A stretch of 64,000 bases of DNA, from the NCBI GenBank assembly GCA_003707115.1, contig PPNB01000008.1, positions 186,001 to 250,000 of the forward strand. The letters run 5' to 3'. This document shows, one piece after another, positions 10,748 through 21,199 of the stretch. How positions within the stretch are numbered: the first letter of the stretch is position 1; the number at the start of each line of letters is the position of its first letter. A program made the translations under genes and the position numbers. A model generated the notes under the pieces. That model was not told the origin of the DNA. It was given only the letters and a program-made list of their open reading frames with translations, and searched no databases. The DNA is from Tortispora ganteri. Its lineage: Eukaryota.

Positions 10748-12403
10748 TCATTCGCATAACAACATATTGTAAACGGTATTGTCGGTTTCCTCAATGTATC
10801 GGTAATTGAGATCGACAAGGAACTTTTCCAGTAAGTCTTCCTCTTCTGGTGGCACTGACCATGCAGCAAGCACCTGTCCTACATCCGCCCCGTAATTTCT
10901 GTAATGGAACAAGGAGATGTTCCAAGATGTGTTAAGAGTAGTCAGAAACTTATGTAGCGCTCCAGGTCGTTCGGGAAATTCAAATCTGAACATCTTCTCG
11001 TTAGGAACATGTGCTCGTCCACCGAGCAGGTACCTTCCGTGTGTCTTTGCGAGTTCGTTGTCGCTAATATCGATTCCTGACATGCCATTCTCCACAAGTT
11101 TTTGCTGCACTTCTTTTATCTCGCTCTCGCGTTCGGTCACAGAAAACGACATAAAAATGTGCGCCGGTTGCTGCGGGTTATTGGAATATCTGTAAGCGAA
11201 CTCCGTCACATTGCGCGGGTAGATGATGTTGATCAATTTCATGAACTCACCGTGTCGCTCAGGAATGTTCACGAGCATCAGCACCTCACCACCTTCGCCC
11301 AAAACAGCTCGTTCAGCAACAAATCGCAACCTGTCAAAATTCATATTGGCTCCAGAGACAATAGGGATATGTACACCACCTTGCTCGACGATCTCTGGGT
11401 GTTCTTCAAGGTACCGTTTCATGCCAGCAGTCGCAAGCGCACCGCTAGGTTCAACAACGGCGCGAGTATCTTCAAAAATATCTTTGATCGCGGCGCAGGT
11501 CTCATCCGTATTCACAAGAACAATGTCGTCTACATTTTCCTGAAGTAGTCTAAACGTCTCCTCGCCAACAACCTTGACGGCAGTGCCGTCTGCGAACACG
11601 CCGACATCACTCAAAACCACTCTTGATCCTTTCTTCCGCGACTGGTTGTATGCATTGGCATCGTAGGTCTCGACACCAACTATACGGATATGAGGCGCGA
11701 CGCGTTTGATGTAGACTGACAGTCCAGCTAATAACCCGCCTCCGCCAATACACGCATAGATAGTGTTGATCTTGTGAATCGGCACTTGGCGCAGGATCTC
11801 CATAGCGATGGTACCTTGGCCAGCGATAACGAACGGGTCGTCAAAGGGTGGAATAACGAGCAGCTCGTGTTTGAGACTGAGTCTCTGGCACTCGGCTTTA
11901 GCACCGTCAAAATCATCGCCGAAAAAAACCACCTTGGAACCGAGTCTGGATACGTTCTCGTGCTTGATCGCCGGCGTGCCTTTCGGCATCACAATAGTGG
12001 CTGGCATGCCTAGCTGTCGTGCACCGTAGGCCACGCCCTGTGCGTGGTTACCTGCTGAGCAGGCAATAACACCTTTCCATCTATCTTCAGGCGGCACCTG
12101 TGCAATCTTGTTGTATGCGCCGCGGAGTTTGAAGCTGAACACGGGCGAGGTGTCCTCTCGCTTTAGCATGACCTCGACTCCTCGTTTGGCAGTAAGTCCC
12201 GGCGCCGCTGTCGTTGCCGTTTCCTCCATGACCTCGTACACGCGCGAGCATAAAATCATGCGCAGATAGTCAGGCTGTCCGTCTGGAAGTCGGAACTCTG
12301 CAGGAACCGAGTTCCACACAGATGAGATTGGCGATTGTGATCTAGGGGTGATCGCCTCATACTCGGTCAAAGATGCTCCCGGTCCGGATTTTTGTCTCGA
12401 CAT
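10748..12403 (-). CDS. ILV1: Biosynthetic threonine dehydratase
   Basis: FSFKLRGAYN (PLP lysine), SAGNHAQG, GGGGL, SGANMNFDRL, regulatory FPERPGAL/LFHYRNYG. Confidence 0.97.
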   Translation of the reverse strand: MSRQKSGPGASLTEYEAITPRSQSPISSVWNSVPAEFRLPDGQPDYLRMILCSRVYEVMEETATTAAPGLTAKRGVEVMLKREDTSPVFSFKLRGAYNKIAQVPPEDRWKGVIACSAGNHAQGVAYGARQLGMPATIVMPKGTPAIKHENVSRLGSKVVFFGDDFDGAKAECQRLSLKHELLVIPPFDDPFVIAGQGTIAMEILRQVPIHKINTIYACIGGGGLLAGLSVYIKRVAPHIRIVGVETYDANAYNQSRKKGSRVVLSDVGVFADGTAVKVVGEETFRLLQENVDDIVLVNTDETCAAIKDIFEDTRAVVEPSGALATAGMKRYLEEHPEIVEQGGVHIPIVSGANMNFDRLRFVAERAVLGEGGEVLMLVNIPERHGEFMKLINIIYPRNVTEFAYRYSNNPQQPAHIFMSFSVTERESEIKEVQQKLVENGMSGIDISDNELAKTHGRYLLGGRAHVPNEKMFRFEFPERPGALHKFLTTLNTSWNISLFHYRNYGADVGQVLAAWSVPPEEEDLLEKFLVDLNYRYIEETDNTVYNMLLCE

Positions 12404-12509
12404 CGGCTTGCAGGTACTAATTTTCAGTCACAGGCAGTATAAGTAGAACAAGAAAATAACCAGTAAGGTTTCTATATTCTTATTCTCGACGGTCTGGTAG
12501 GTGAAGGAT

Positions 12510-12516
12510 TGACTCA
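12510..12516. promoter_or_regulatory. Gcn4-type site TGACTCA upstream of ILV1
   Basis: Exact consensus 107 bp upstream of an amino-acid biosynthesis gene. Confidence 0.6.
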
Positions 12517-12709
12517 TGTGGAACAGCCGAAGAAAATACCTAAAGCCCGGGAAAAATAGAAACCCTAATACCTCCCAAATAGCATTTTCGCCGGAAGCCT
12601 GCGTTTCGACAGATCATTTCACCAGGCGATCGCTGAATTCGCTTGTATTTCTATTAGTTTTTTTTGGCTATCAATATTGTCATTGAGTAATTAGACGCTG
12701 ATACTCGCA

Positions 12710-13078
12710 ATGGAAGAAGCAGAAGCCGAATCGTCGCCGTTTCTCGACAACATCAAGGAGAAGACTCGGCAGAACCCGTTAGTGCCGATTGGAATGATCG
12801 CAACAACTTGGGCTATGTGGGGCGCGTACCGAGCCATTCGACGTGGAAACGCGAAGACCGCCCAGCGCATGTTCCGGTACCGTGTAGGTGCGCAGCTTGT
12901 CACAGTAGCGCTTGTAGGAGCTGGCGCGTTGTACTACGAAACTAACTACCAGCATCTCAGCCAGAGCGCCGAAGAGAAACAGCGACTAAAATCAGAAGAG
13001 CGTAAGAAAATGTGGCTCGAAGATCTCGATCGCGAAAACCGTGAAATCGAAGAAAGACGTAAAAGAAAACAGAACTAA
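12710..13078 (+). CDS. RCF1: HIG1-domain respiratory supercomplex factor
   Basis: QNPLVPIG...AQRMFRYRVGAQLVT...WLEDL. Confidence 0.88.
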   Translation: MEEAEAESSPFLDNIKEKTRQNPLVPIGMIATTWAMWGAYRAIRRGNAKTAQRMFRYRVGAQLVTVALVGAGALYYETNYQHLSQSAEEKQRLKSEERKKMWLEDLDRENREIEERRKRKQN

Positions 13079-13111
13079 AAAATGTTGCTTATTTGCACTT
13101 CGTGGTTCGTT

Positions 13112-14662
13112 TCAATCTGTGTATTTAGCCTTTTCAATTGCATCTCTCGATAAGCAGAAATCTATATGCTCATTGATCTCAAGAGGATCATTGAGTATTT
13201 TTTTTGAACAAATAAAGCATGTCACTTTATTGTCTAAACTCTGCTCTCCTAGGTCCTTATCTGCGCTGCTCTGCTTGTGCGGCGACTCCGATCTCCGTTG
13301 TCTCTTGAGAAAACTCGTCATCCGCGTAGACATCTCCTTTGTTTGTAGTTTGGTCAGCTTTAGTCCCATCAGACGCACACATATAGGCATTTCCTTGTCT
13401 AGAAGTTCTTTCCCGTATTTATATAGATCGTCTGCAGTGTATGCTGGACTTCCCAGTGGTGTTTGTCTCGTTATCACCTGAAAATCGTCCCGTTTCAGCT
13501 TCAGGTGCAGCACCGTACCCGCGAGCTCCTTCTCTGCGAGGTCCTGTGACAACTCATTTGCAATAGTCTTGAGTTTGCTGTATATTTCGGTGGTGTTGCT
13601 CGTTTCTTTGAATGTCATCTCGTGACCAAGCGACTTGCGCGCTTCCTGGTGAAACGAGTCGATGTCTACGGTGCCGAGTCCAAGGTAGCATTCGAGCACT
13701 AGCTCGAATACCGACGGACTCAATACCTTCTTCAGAAGGCCTCTGATCCCGTAGAATTCTTTAAACGTATTTAGACCTGCTGCTTGCAGTTTCCTTTCGA
13801 GTACTCTGCCGATCCCTCCGACTTGCCGTACAGATATCCCCGACATGAAATCAATAACCTCCTGACGAGTACTGAAAGGCACGTAGTACTGCCCGTTCGG
13901 TTTATTAATATTAGAGGCAATTTTTGCGACTCGGCAGTTCGGGCCTATGCCTGCAGAGACGGTCAACTGCGTCGAGTCGTGGATCTTCTGCCGGATCGAC
14001 AACACAAACGTCTCGACATCTTCCACGGTACCATTTAGTATTGCGTCGCTATATGCATCCGTAATATCTAAAAATGCTTCATCAAGGCTCGGACAGAAAT
14101 AATTGGAGTCGTACTCTGCTAGAATAGCCTGAATTTCTCGGCTCTTCTCTCGGTATCTGTCGAAGTGCGACGGCACTAGTATAAGATTCGGACATAACTT
14201 TTTCGCTATAAAAGTGGCCATTGCCGACCTACATCCGTACTTTCTCGCCTCATAATTGCATGTCGAAAGAATTCCACCACCGCCAACGGCCATTGGTTTG
14301 CCTTTGAGTGAGGGGTCATCCAGTTCCTCTACTGAGGCAAAAAATGCATCACAGTCTACGTGCACAATGATTCGGGACAAGTCTGCTGTATGGTTTTTAA
14401 GCAGTGTACGTATCTGCGTATCGACAGCATTCTCTAGCATCTTTACTTCCATTGAGTCGCGGTTGAGGTCGGCGATCTGGGCCTTAAATGTCTCAATTTC
14501 TTCTTGTAATTTCCTGTCTCTGCGCTGCTCGGCCTCAAAAAACTTCGACCCTTTCGAGGCCTCGTAAATGAGCCTGCCCACCTCATCCTGATCCACGTCC
14601 TTCTGACCAGCCTTCAGCAGCGACGGGCCTAGCAGCCGGTGTTTCAGGCTCTCTTCGCCCAT
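13112..14662 (-). CDS. POLK: Y-family DNA polymerase kappa (DinB) with C-terminal UBZ finger
   Basis: Kappa-specific N-clasp (KAGQ...IYEASKGSKFF), HVDCDAFFASVE, SLDEAFLDIT, SNINKPNG, CFIC...HIDFC. Confidence 0.92.
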   Translation of the reverse strand: MGEESLKHRLLGPSLLKAGQKDVDQDEVGRLIYEASKGSKFFEAEQRRDRKLQEEIETFKAQIADLNRDSMEVKMLENAVDTQIRTLLKNHTADLSRIIVHVDCDAFFASVEELDDPSLKGKPMAVGGGGILSTCNYEARKYGCRSAMATFIAKKLCPNLILVPSHFDRYREKSREIQAILAEYDSNYFCPSLDEAFLDITDAYSDAILNGTVEDVETFVLSIRQKIHDSTQLTVSAGIGPNCRVAKIASNINKPNGQYYVPFSTRQEVIDFMSGISVRQVGGIGRVLERKLQAAGLNTFKEFYGIRGLLKKVLSPSVFELVLECYLGLGTVDIDSFHQEARKSLGHEMTFKETSNTTEIYSKLKTIANELSQDLAEKELAGTVLHLKLKRDDFQVITRQTPLGSPAYTADDLYKYGKELLDKEMPICVRLMGLKLTKLQTKEMSTRMTSFLKRQRRSESPHKQSSADKDLGEQSLDNKVTCFICSKKILNDPLEINEHIDFCLSRDAIEKAKYTD

Positions 14663-14773
14663 CTTTAGAGCTGACGAAATCAGGGCAGGATGTGCGCATT
14701 GGTGGCATCAACTACAAACAAATAAGGTTTAACGGGTGGAACGGTTTTCTGCGTACTATAGTGTCTTACTGTT

Positions 14774-15736
14774 TTACCTGTCGAAGGTGCAGACGCCTTC
14801 GAGTGCCATGCTGCCGCGGGAATTAGTGGCCCAGACGGTGAGAGCTCCATCCTTCTCGGCAGCGTGAAACTTGACGGGCTCGTCAGGGAATAGCGGGACG
14901 CGGTTGGTGTACTTGTATTGTTTGATCGGCTCAGGCACAAGCGACGACACCCAATGAAGCATTAGGGCTGCCTGGAACGGGCCATGCACGACGACGTCGG
15001 GAAAGTTTTCTGAAGGTCCTGTGGCATACGGAATGTCGTAGTGGATGCGGTGGCCGTTGAAAGACAAAGCCGAAAACCGGAACAAAGCCAAATGTGACGG
15101 GCGAAACTCGATGTCAGCTTTGTACCCCTCTGAGACAGCGACAGGTTCAACGAATTTGCCGATAGTTTTCTTGCGTAAATCAGGTCCCATTTCCGGTATA
15201 TGGATGAGTACTCTATCTTCAAGGATGTGGTACTTCTTTGGATCGTTGCCCAAGTCTACGGGGCCCATCGCACGGTGCTTAGAGATGATCATCTTGCCTA
15301 CCTCTTCGGATCCTTTTATGTCATTAGTGTACTCAATACACCTATTCGGTGAATCTGTGAGTAATGGTTGAGCGCCAAAAGTGATTGAGCCACCGAGCCA
15401 CATTCGCGTAATCAACTTGGACCCGCGTGGTGGGCCAAAAGCCGAATGATACCCATCTTTCTCTAGTAATTTCTCAGGATACGCAGGGTTGAAGAAGGCG
15501 AGATGCGTTCCTGGTCGCAGTGGATCGCCCGGATTTAGGAACGGAATATTTAAGCCGAGTGTATCGTTCAGTACCATGTTCACCATATTGGCATGACTTG
15601 AACTCAATGAATCATACAACCTGACTTTCGGCCCCCCGACCTCTGCAGGCACCACCGCAGCCTCGTATGCATCCTTCACCGCATCCAGTACGCGTGCACG
15701 GTTTAAAGCTAGACTTCGAACTAAAGAAACTCTCAT
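14774..15736 (-). CDS. HTD2: Mitochondrial hydroxyacyl-thioester dehydratase (hotdog fold)
   Basis: RMWLGG, LFRFSALSFNGHRIHYD, VVHGP; presequence-like N-terminus. Confidence 0.82.
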   Translation of the reverse strand: MRVSLVRSLALNRARVLDAVKDAYEAAVVPAEVGGPKVRLYDSLSSSHANMVNMVLNDTLGLNIPFLNPGDPLRPGTHLAFFNPAYPEKLLEKDGYHSAFGPPRGSKLITRMWLGGSITFGAQPLLTDSPNRCIEYTNDIKGSEEVGKMIISKHRAMGPVDLGNDPKKYHILEDRVLIHIPEMGPDLRKKTIGKFVEPVAVSEGYKADIEFRPSHLALFRFSALSFNGHRIHYDIPYATGPSENFPDVVVHGPFQAALMLHWVSSLVPEPIKQYKYTNRVPLFPDEPVKFHAAEKDGALTVWATNSRGSMALEGVCTFDR

Positions 15737-15974
15737 ATTAATAGATAAAAATTGAGCGACATAAGCAACAATTACGCGTCAAATAGGAATATTATTATAA
15801 ATATATATATTCGTTGGTCCTTGAGCCGCACAGAGCAATATAGGGGTACATAGCATTTACCCTTACCCTGACAACCCACGAAATTACATCCAAAAAGTGT
15901 CGCGCTGGACACAGAACCACAACCACCCTTTGTACCTAGTAACCTCTTCTGTACGCGCTACAATATCCTGCACA

Positions 15975-18221
15975 ATGGCTGCTAAACACCGACCAGGATC
16001 AAAAGAAAGTAAGATTAAGACATCTACACAGCCTACAATGCCGTCAAAGGGCAAAGCTTCTACGTGGAATGAACTCACGTCTGGAAAATCCTACAAATTA
16101 GCCTGCATCCTAGTGACTGTGCTGGCATTTTGGCTCCGATTCAGACACATATCTCACCCGGACGAGGTCGTTTTCGACGAAGTCCATTTTGGCAAATTTG
16201 CTTCCTACTACCTTCGTCGCACTTACTTTTTTGATGTACATCCGCCATTCGCCAAAATGCTATTCGCAGCCGTCGGATGGCTCGTCGGCTACAAGGGCCA
16301 GTTCCTCTTCGACAACATCGGCGACAGCTATATAGAAAACAATGTTCCTTATGTGGCCTATCGTGCCCTACCTGCTTTCTTAGGTACCATGACTGTACCC
16401 ACAGTTTTCCTCACTATGAAAGAATGCGGCTATAGCTTGCCTGCCTGTCTAGTCTCTACCGCACTGGTCCTCTTCGACAACGGCCACGTCACACAAACGC
16501 GTCTCATATTGCTTGACTCCACCCTCATCTTCTCTATAGCCTTTTCTATTTACTGTTATGTCAGATTCTACAAAGAAAGACGTCACGCGTTTTCTTTCAA
16601 CTGGTGGAAATGGCTCTTGCTTTCCGGCTTTGCTCTCTCCTGCGTCATCTCTACCAAATACGTTGGGGTATTCACTTTTATCACAATTGGCTCCGCTGTC
16701 GCTATCGATCTTTGGAAATTGCTTGATATAAAATCTGGTCTGACTATTCGTCAGGTTACTAAGCACTTCTCGGCTCGCCTATACTATCTTCTGGTTTTCC
16801 CCTTCTTGATATACCTTTTCTGGTTCTATGTTCACTTTCAAGTGCTTTGCAACTCAGGACCCGGTGATAACTTCATGACACCGGAATTTCAAGAAACGCT
16901 CAATGAAAGTCCTCTCATGAAAGAAGCTCGTCAAGTTAACTACTACGACAAAGTTACCTTGCGTCATTCTAGCACTGAAAATTACTTGCATTCACATGAT
17001 CAGCACTATCCTCTTCGCTACGAAGATGGAAGAGTCTCGTCACAAGGTCAGCAAGTCACTGCTGTTGAAAATCCTGACGGAAACAGCTACTGGATTGTCT
17101 ACCCTTCATTCGACGAAGATGTTCATGTAACCGGTCGTGCTGTTAAGTTTGGCCAACGCGTGCGCTTGTATCATCCTGAAACTAACACTTTCCTGCTTTC
17201 ACACGACGTTGCTTCGCCTTATTACCCTACTAATCAAGAATTCACTGCTGTTAGCCCCGAAAATGCTGCTGAAAGATTTAACTTCACACTTTTTGAGATT
17301 CGTCCCATATACGGCCAGCGCAATGAAGCTGTCAAAACTAAGGCTGGCCTGTTCAGATTTGTGCATGTTCCGTCTAATGTGTGTATGTGGACTCACGATG
17401 ACAAACCTCTTCCTGAGTGGGGTTTTGGCCAATTTGAAGTCAACGGTAACAAGGATATTACTGATCGAACTAATACCTGGTACTTTGATGAGATTATTGA
17501 CCTGCAGGAACCAGAACGATTAAATCCTCCTCCGAAAGAAGTTAAGACTCTTCCCTTTTTGCGAAAATACTTTGAGCTTCAATTTGCTATGTTGGAGCAT
17601 AACAATAAACTCACTTCGTCTCATCCCTATGCTTCGCAGCCTGGAATTTGGCCTATAACCTTAAAAGGTATATCTTTCTGGACCAAGAATGATACACGTG
17701 AACAGATATATCTTATTGGCAACCCTGCCGGATGGATCTTGGAAGTTGTTGTTATAACTCTGTTTGTCCTGATCTCCATTGTCGATTTACTTGCATCACA
17801 AAGAAACGCTTCACCCTTACCAGAAGCTGTGCGCCACAGGTTCTATGCCTCTACGGGATTTTTCATTCTTGCTTGGGCTACGCATTATTTCCCATTTTTC
17901 CTCATGGGACGACAACTGTTTTTGCACCACTATCTTCCCGCTCAAATGTGTGCTGCACTCGCTGCCGGATCCATGCTAGACTTCCTAACGGGAGTGATGC
18001 ACGACCAGGTCGAAGACCGGAACAAAGGATCCAAAGTTTCTGGTTCTTTTGAGTCTAGAGCTTCAACTACAATGGCTTGGATTGCTGCATTTATCATTAT
18101 TTCCACGTTGATAGGAGTATTCTTTTACTTTGCGCCTCTGTCATACGGCACTCCAGGCTTGTCAGTGGAAGAAGTAAAGGAACGAACCTGGCTGCAATTC
18201 AATTTACACTTTGCTAAGTGA
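15975..18221 (+). CDS. PMT4: Protein O-mannosyltransferase, PMT4 subfamily
   Basis: VVFDEVHFGKFASYYL, FFDVHPP, MIR domains, RQLFLHHYLP; first ATG at 15975. Confidence 0.93.
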   Translation: MAAKHRPGSKESKIKTSTQPTMPSKGKASTWNELTSGKSYKLACILVTVLAFWLRFRHISHPDEVVFDEVHFGKFASYYLRRTYFFDVHPPFAKMLFAAVGWLVGYKGQFLFDNIGDSYIENNVPYVAYRALPAFLGTMTVPTVFLTMKECGYSLPACLVSTALVLFDNGHVTQTRLILLDSTLIFSIAFSIYCYVRFYKERRHAFSFNWWKWLLLSGFALSCVISTKYVGVFTFITIGSAVAIDLWKLLDIKSGLTIRQVTKHFSARLYYLLVFPFLIYLFWFYVHFQVLCNSGPGDNFMTPEFQETLNESPLMKEARQVNYYDKVTLRHSSTENYLHSHDQHYPLRYEDGRVSSQGQQVTAVENPDGNSYWIVYPSFDEDVHVTGRAVKFGQRVRLYHPETNTFLLSHDVASPYYPTNQEFTAVSPENAAERFNFTLFEIRPIYGQRNEAVKTKAGLFRFVHVPSNVCMWTHDDKPLPEWGFGQFEVNGNKDITDRTNTWYFDEIIDLQEPERLNPPPKEVKTLPFLRKYFELQFAMLEHNNKLTSSHPYASQPGIWPITLKGISFWTKNDTREQIYLIGNPAGWILEVVVITLFVLISIVDLLASQRNASPLPEAVRHRFYASTGFFILAWATHYFPFFLMGRQLFLHHYLPAQMCAALAAGSMLDFLTGVMHDQVEDRNKGSKVSGSFESRASTTMAWIAAFIIISTLIGVFFYFAPLSYGTPGLSVEEVKERTWLQFNLHFAK

Positions 18222-18412
18222 TATAAACAAAAATAAAAAATATAAAAAAAAAAAAGAGTTTACAAACGCATTGGAAGCTGTGCCTGTTTACAAATCACTT
18301 GAGTGATGTTATTTCTTGTTTTGATTTGATTATGGGCAAATCTCCCGTTGTTCTCACTAATGTCAATATTTGTGTTTAGATTATATATCTGTATACGTAT
18401 TTCAGATTTTAG

Positions 18413-19318
18413 CTATGCGTTTATTGTGTCGGAAATATCTGGCAGGTCTATTTGCGCGTCGTCTTGAGGTTTCCAGGCGTTGAATCGCCAATTCAGTTTG
18501 GCGTTGTTGTGAATACAGTACCCTTGTGCAGATAACGGGTTGATTGCGCCAGTTTGTGGCATGTCGCGTATATATACGAGCCGTCCAACTCTAGAATGTA
18601 CCATAGCCATAGCACACATAGAACAAGGCTCGTGTGTAGTGTAGAGGTGCATGTTAAGGCACAGGTATCCCTTTACGGCGTTTGGTTCTCTTCGTCGTTC
18701 AAGTTCAAGCTCAGCTACTTTTCGTATGCATCGCATTACTGAATGTTCTATAGGGTTCCCTGAAGAATTACGGGCGTCAAAGTCTGTTGCGACTATTGTC
18801 TGTGTATCTGGATCGACAGCGAACGTCGCTATTGGCAGATCCTCACTGTGTATTTTATGTGTTTCAAGCACTTGCTTGGCAAGTTTATATATATATTGCG
18901 ACATTTGGTCCTTTTCATTAGCAGTAAGCTCTACCGGTAAGCAATTTGGATTACTCCGCCAGAACGAAGGCCATACTTTTGTATTCCATGTAACACATTG
19001 TTCTTTTGTTCTAGCAGGAAATTTTGGGGCCTGTTCTATCCGTAATTTATCACATGGTAGTCCATCAATAATACTTTTTAGTTTTTCGAGATCTATTGTA
19101 TCAACAGAGCATATCGCTAGGTCAAGACGGATTTCTCCTTCACCGTCAATTTTATTGAGTCTTCGAAGATGGCTGAGTTCATGCACCTCATCTGGTAGTG
19201 AATCTTTCAGCGTTTCTAAAACCAAGCGCGAATCTTTCGCTGGAATAATTGTAGCATATATATCTATAAGTTCTAATGGTCTGTCTAGCGGATCATTGCC
19301 TATTTGTAAGAACTCCAT
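18413..19318 (-). CDS. TAD3: tRNA A34 deaminase non-catalytic subunit
   Basis: HLRR; HSV pseudo-active site instead of HAE; YLC; EPCSMCAMAMVHSR; LNW. Confidence 0.9.
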   Translation of the reverse strand: MEFLQIGNDPLDRPLELIDIYATIIPAKDSRLVLETLKDSLPDEVHELSHLRRLNKIDGEGEIRLDLAICSVDTIDLEKLKSIIDGLPCDKLRIEQAPKFPARTKEQCVTWNTKVWPSFWRSNPNCLPVELTANEKDQMSQYIYKLAKQVLETHKIHSEDLPIATFAVDPDTQTIVATDFDARNSSGNPIEHSVMRCIRKVAELELERRREPNAVKGYLCLNMHLYTTHEPCSMCAMAMVHSRVGRLVYIRDMPQTGAINPLSAQGYCIHNNAKLNWRFNAWKPQDDAQIDLPDISDTINA

Positions 19319-19408
19319 TGATTTGAATGGTCGCGTGCAAACCTTTTGCTAAGTTAGAATCTTTGGTGTAAAACTCCCACCTTAATCCTTCCCCCACCGT
19401 GTCAAACT

Positions 19409-21169
19409 ATGAGCAGAAAGGAAGAAATCGAGGCCAAACGCGCCAAACTTGCAGAACTACGTAGGCAACGTGAACTTCGTCAAACTGCATCGTTGCCGAA
19501 CCCTCTCGTATCTATTGACAAGCTCGTCGATACAATCGTCGCCAAAACGCCGCCTAGATCGACACCCCTACCTCAAGAACACATTTCTATCGTCAACAAA
19601 GTCCAAACGGTCTCCGCGCAGGTTTACGAACGTCCACCGCTTGTCAAGGAAAAGCTCACGTTTGATGTAGGCGTACAGGCTGTCGTTTCTGCTATACCAG
19701 ATGCCCTAGAGTCGGAACAAAGCGAGCTCGAATCCACCACCCCAGAACCCGTGGCACCACAAATCCAACCCCCGCTGACCCCAGAATCTCCTCCACTCGT
19801 TCCAGAACTTTCCGAACGCCGAAAATCATATGATGAGGCAGAAATTGAACAATTTGTCCAGACTTCGGCTAGGATAATAAGACGCACTGTCGAAGAACCA
19901 GACGTGCTCACCGATTATGCCGCGGAAGACCCTTCAAAAAAAGAAGACGTGCCCCTCTTGAAACAATTCAGCGTCTCCGACCATTCTGTCACTTCAATTG
20001 ACTGGTCAAACGTTCACCAAGAACTACTCTTAGCTTCCTACAGTTCCTCCGGCTTCGCAGACGCGCGCAAAGGGAAACTCAACGTGTTCAATACCAACTA
20101 TTCACACGCAGAGTACGAACTCTCAGCACCTTCTGAAATACTAACCGCCAAATTTTCTCCGACGCGTTCCAATATCATAGTAGGTGGGCTTTATTCCGGA
20201 CGAATATGTCTATGGGACCTTCGCGCAAGTCACAACCCTGTCCTGAGCTCTACCTCAACGTCCAATGCTCACGTCCACCCAGTGTACTCTCTTGAATTTA
20301 TAGGCGAAACTACATACAGCATACTTACCTGTTCAACTGATGGCACTGTTTGCACATGGGCCGACGACCGCTTGGACAAGCCATTAGAAAAGTTGTCTCT
20401 CTCGGCCCCTTCATGGTCACGCTTAGCGGATATTGCCCCTATCGCAATGGCTGTCCCGAGTACAGATCAATCGTTCTTTGTAGTCGGCACAGAAGATGGT
20501 TCTGTATTTCCCTGTAACAGAAGAAATGCAGGAGGGTTCAAAGCTGGCATAGACCCCAGAGTATCCTACAAATCTCATTACGCTCCAATCACCTCTATGG
20601 ACTTTTACCATGAAAAATCATATTCTGAAATCAAGTCTCTTCTTCTCACAACAAGTATGGACTGGAGCATCAAACTGTGGAAAATCCTTTCTCCAACTGC
20701 CGATGACACTGCCATTAAATCAGAAGCAGCGATTGTCCGCGATGACCCTAATGCTTTTGGAGACATGCTTTCTGATCCACGTGCTTCTGTCTCTTCAAGG
20801 TCGCTGCTTTCTTCATCGGGTACTGATGAATCATATACGAAAATCAATCCTATAAGGACGATATTGAGATCCAACGTTCCCAGTGCCGCACGTTGGGCGC
20901 CAACAAAACCCTCTTTTTTCGCTGTCGTGGACTGTCAGGGACAGTTAGAGATATGGGATATTTCTTCTGGCTCTGAGTCGCCATCAAGTCGAATTTCAAT
21001 AATGACAGATAATGATTCACCCGCTGTTATGACCACATTAGCTTGGGATAAAGCCGAGTCTCGCCGTATTGCTGTTGGCGCCACAGATGGGACGGTGCGT
21101 ATATATGATGTTTCTTCTGTTGTTTCCAAACCGGCGCATGATTTATGGTCGTTTGTTAAATCTTATTGA
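19409..21169 (+). CDS. PAC11: Cytoplasmic dynein intermediate chain (WD40)
   Basis: N-terminal RKEEIEAKRAKLAELRRQR; GLYSGRICLWD; HVHPVYS; VGTEDG; SMDWSIKLW. Confidence 0.9.
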   Translation: MSRKEEIEAKRAKLAELRRQRELRQTASLPNPLVSIDKLVDTIVAKTPPRSTPLPQEHISIVNKVQTVSAQVYERPPLVKEKLTFDVGVQAVVSAIPDALESEQSELESTTPEPVAPQIQPPLTPESPPLVPELSERRKSYDEAEIEQFVQTSARIIRRTVEEPDVLTDYAAEDPSKKEDVPLLKQFSVSDHSVTSIDWSNVHQELLLASYSSSGFADARKGKLNVFNTNYSHAEYELSAPSEILTAKFSPTRSNIIVGGLYSGRICLWDLRASHNPVLSSTSTSNAHVHPVYSLEFIGETTYSILTCSTDGTVCTWADDRLDKPLEKLSLSAPSWSRLADIAPIAMAVPSTDQSFFVVGTEDGSVFPCNRRNAGGFKAGIDPRVSYKSHYAPITSMDFYHEKSYSEIKSLLLTTSMDWSIKLWKILSPTADDTAIKSEAAIVRDDPNAFGDMLSDPRASVSSRSLLSSSGTDESYTKINPIRTILRSNVPSAARWAPTKPSFFAVVDCQGQLEIWDISSGSESPSSRISIMTDNDSPAVMTTLAWDKAESRRIAVGATDGTVRIYDVSSVVSKPAHDLWSFVKSY

Positions 21170-21199
21170 TATTTGCTCATGAATCTGAAAAACATTGAG

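Noticed and set aside
3799..19318. Functional clustering of TAD3 with its substrate tRNA, or of PSO2 with Pol kappa
   Set aside because: Separated by several unrelated genes; consistent with chance.
18651..19352. 233-aa ORF antisense to TAD3
   Set aside because: Shadow frame with a GTG start, no recognisable motifs, fully overlapping a conserved gene.
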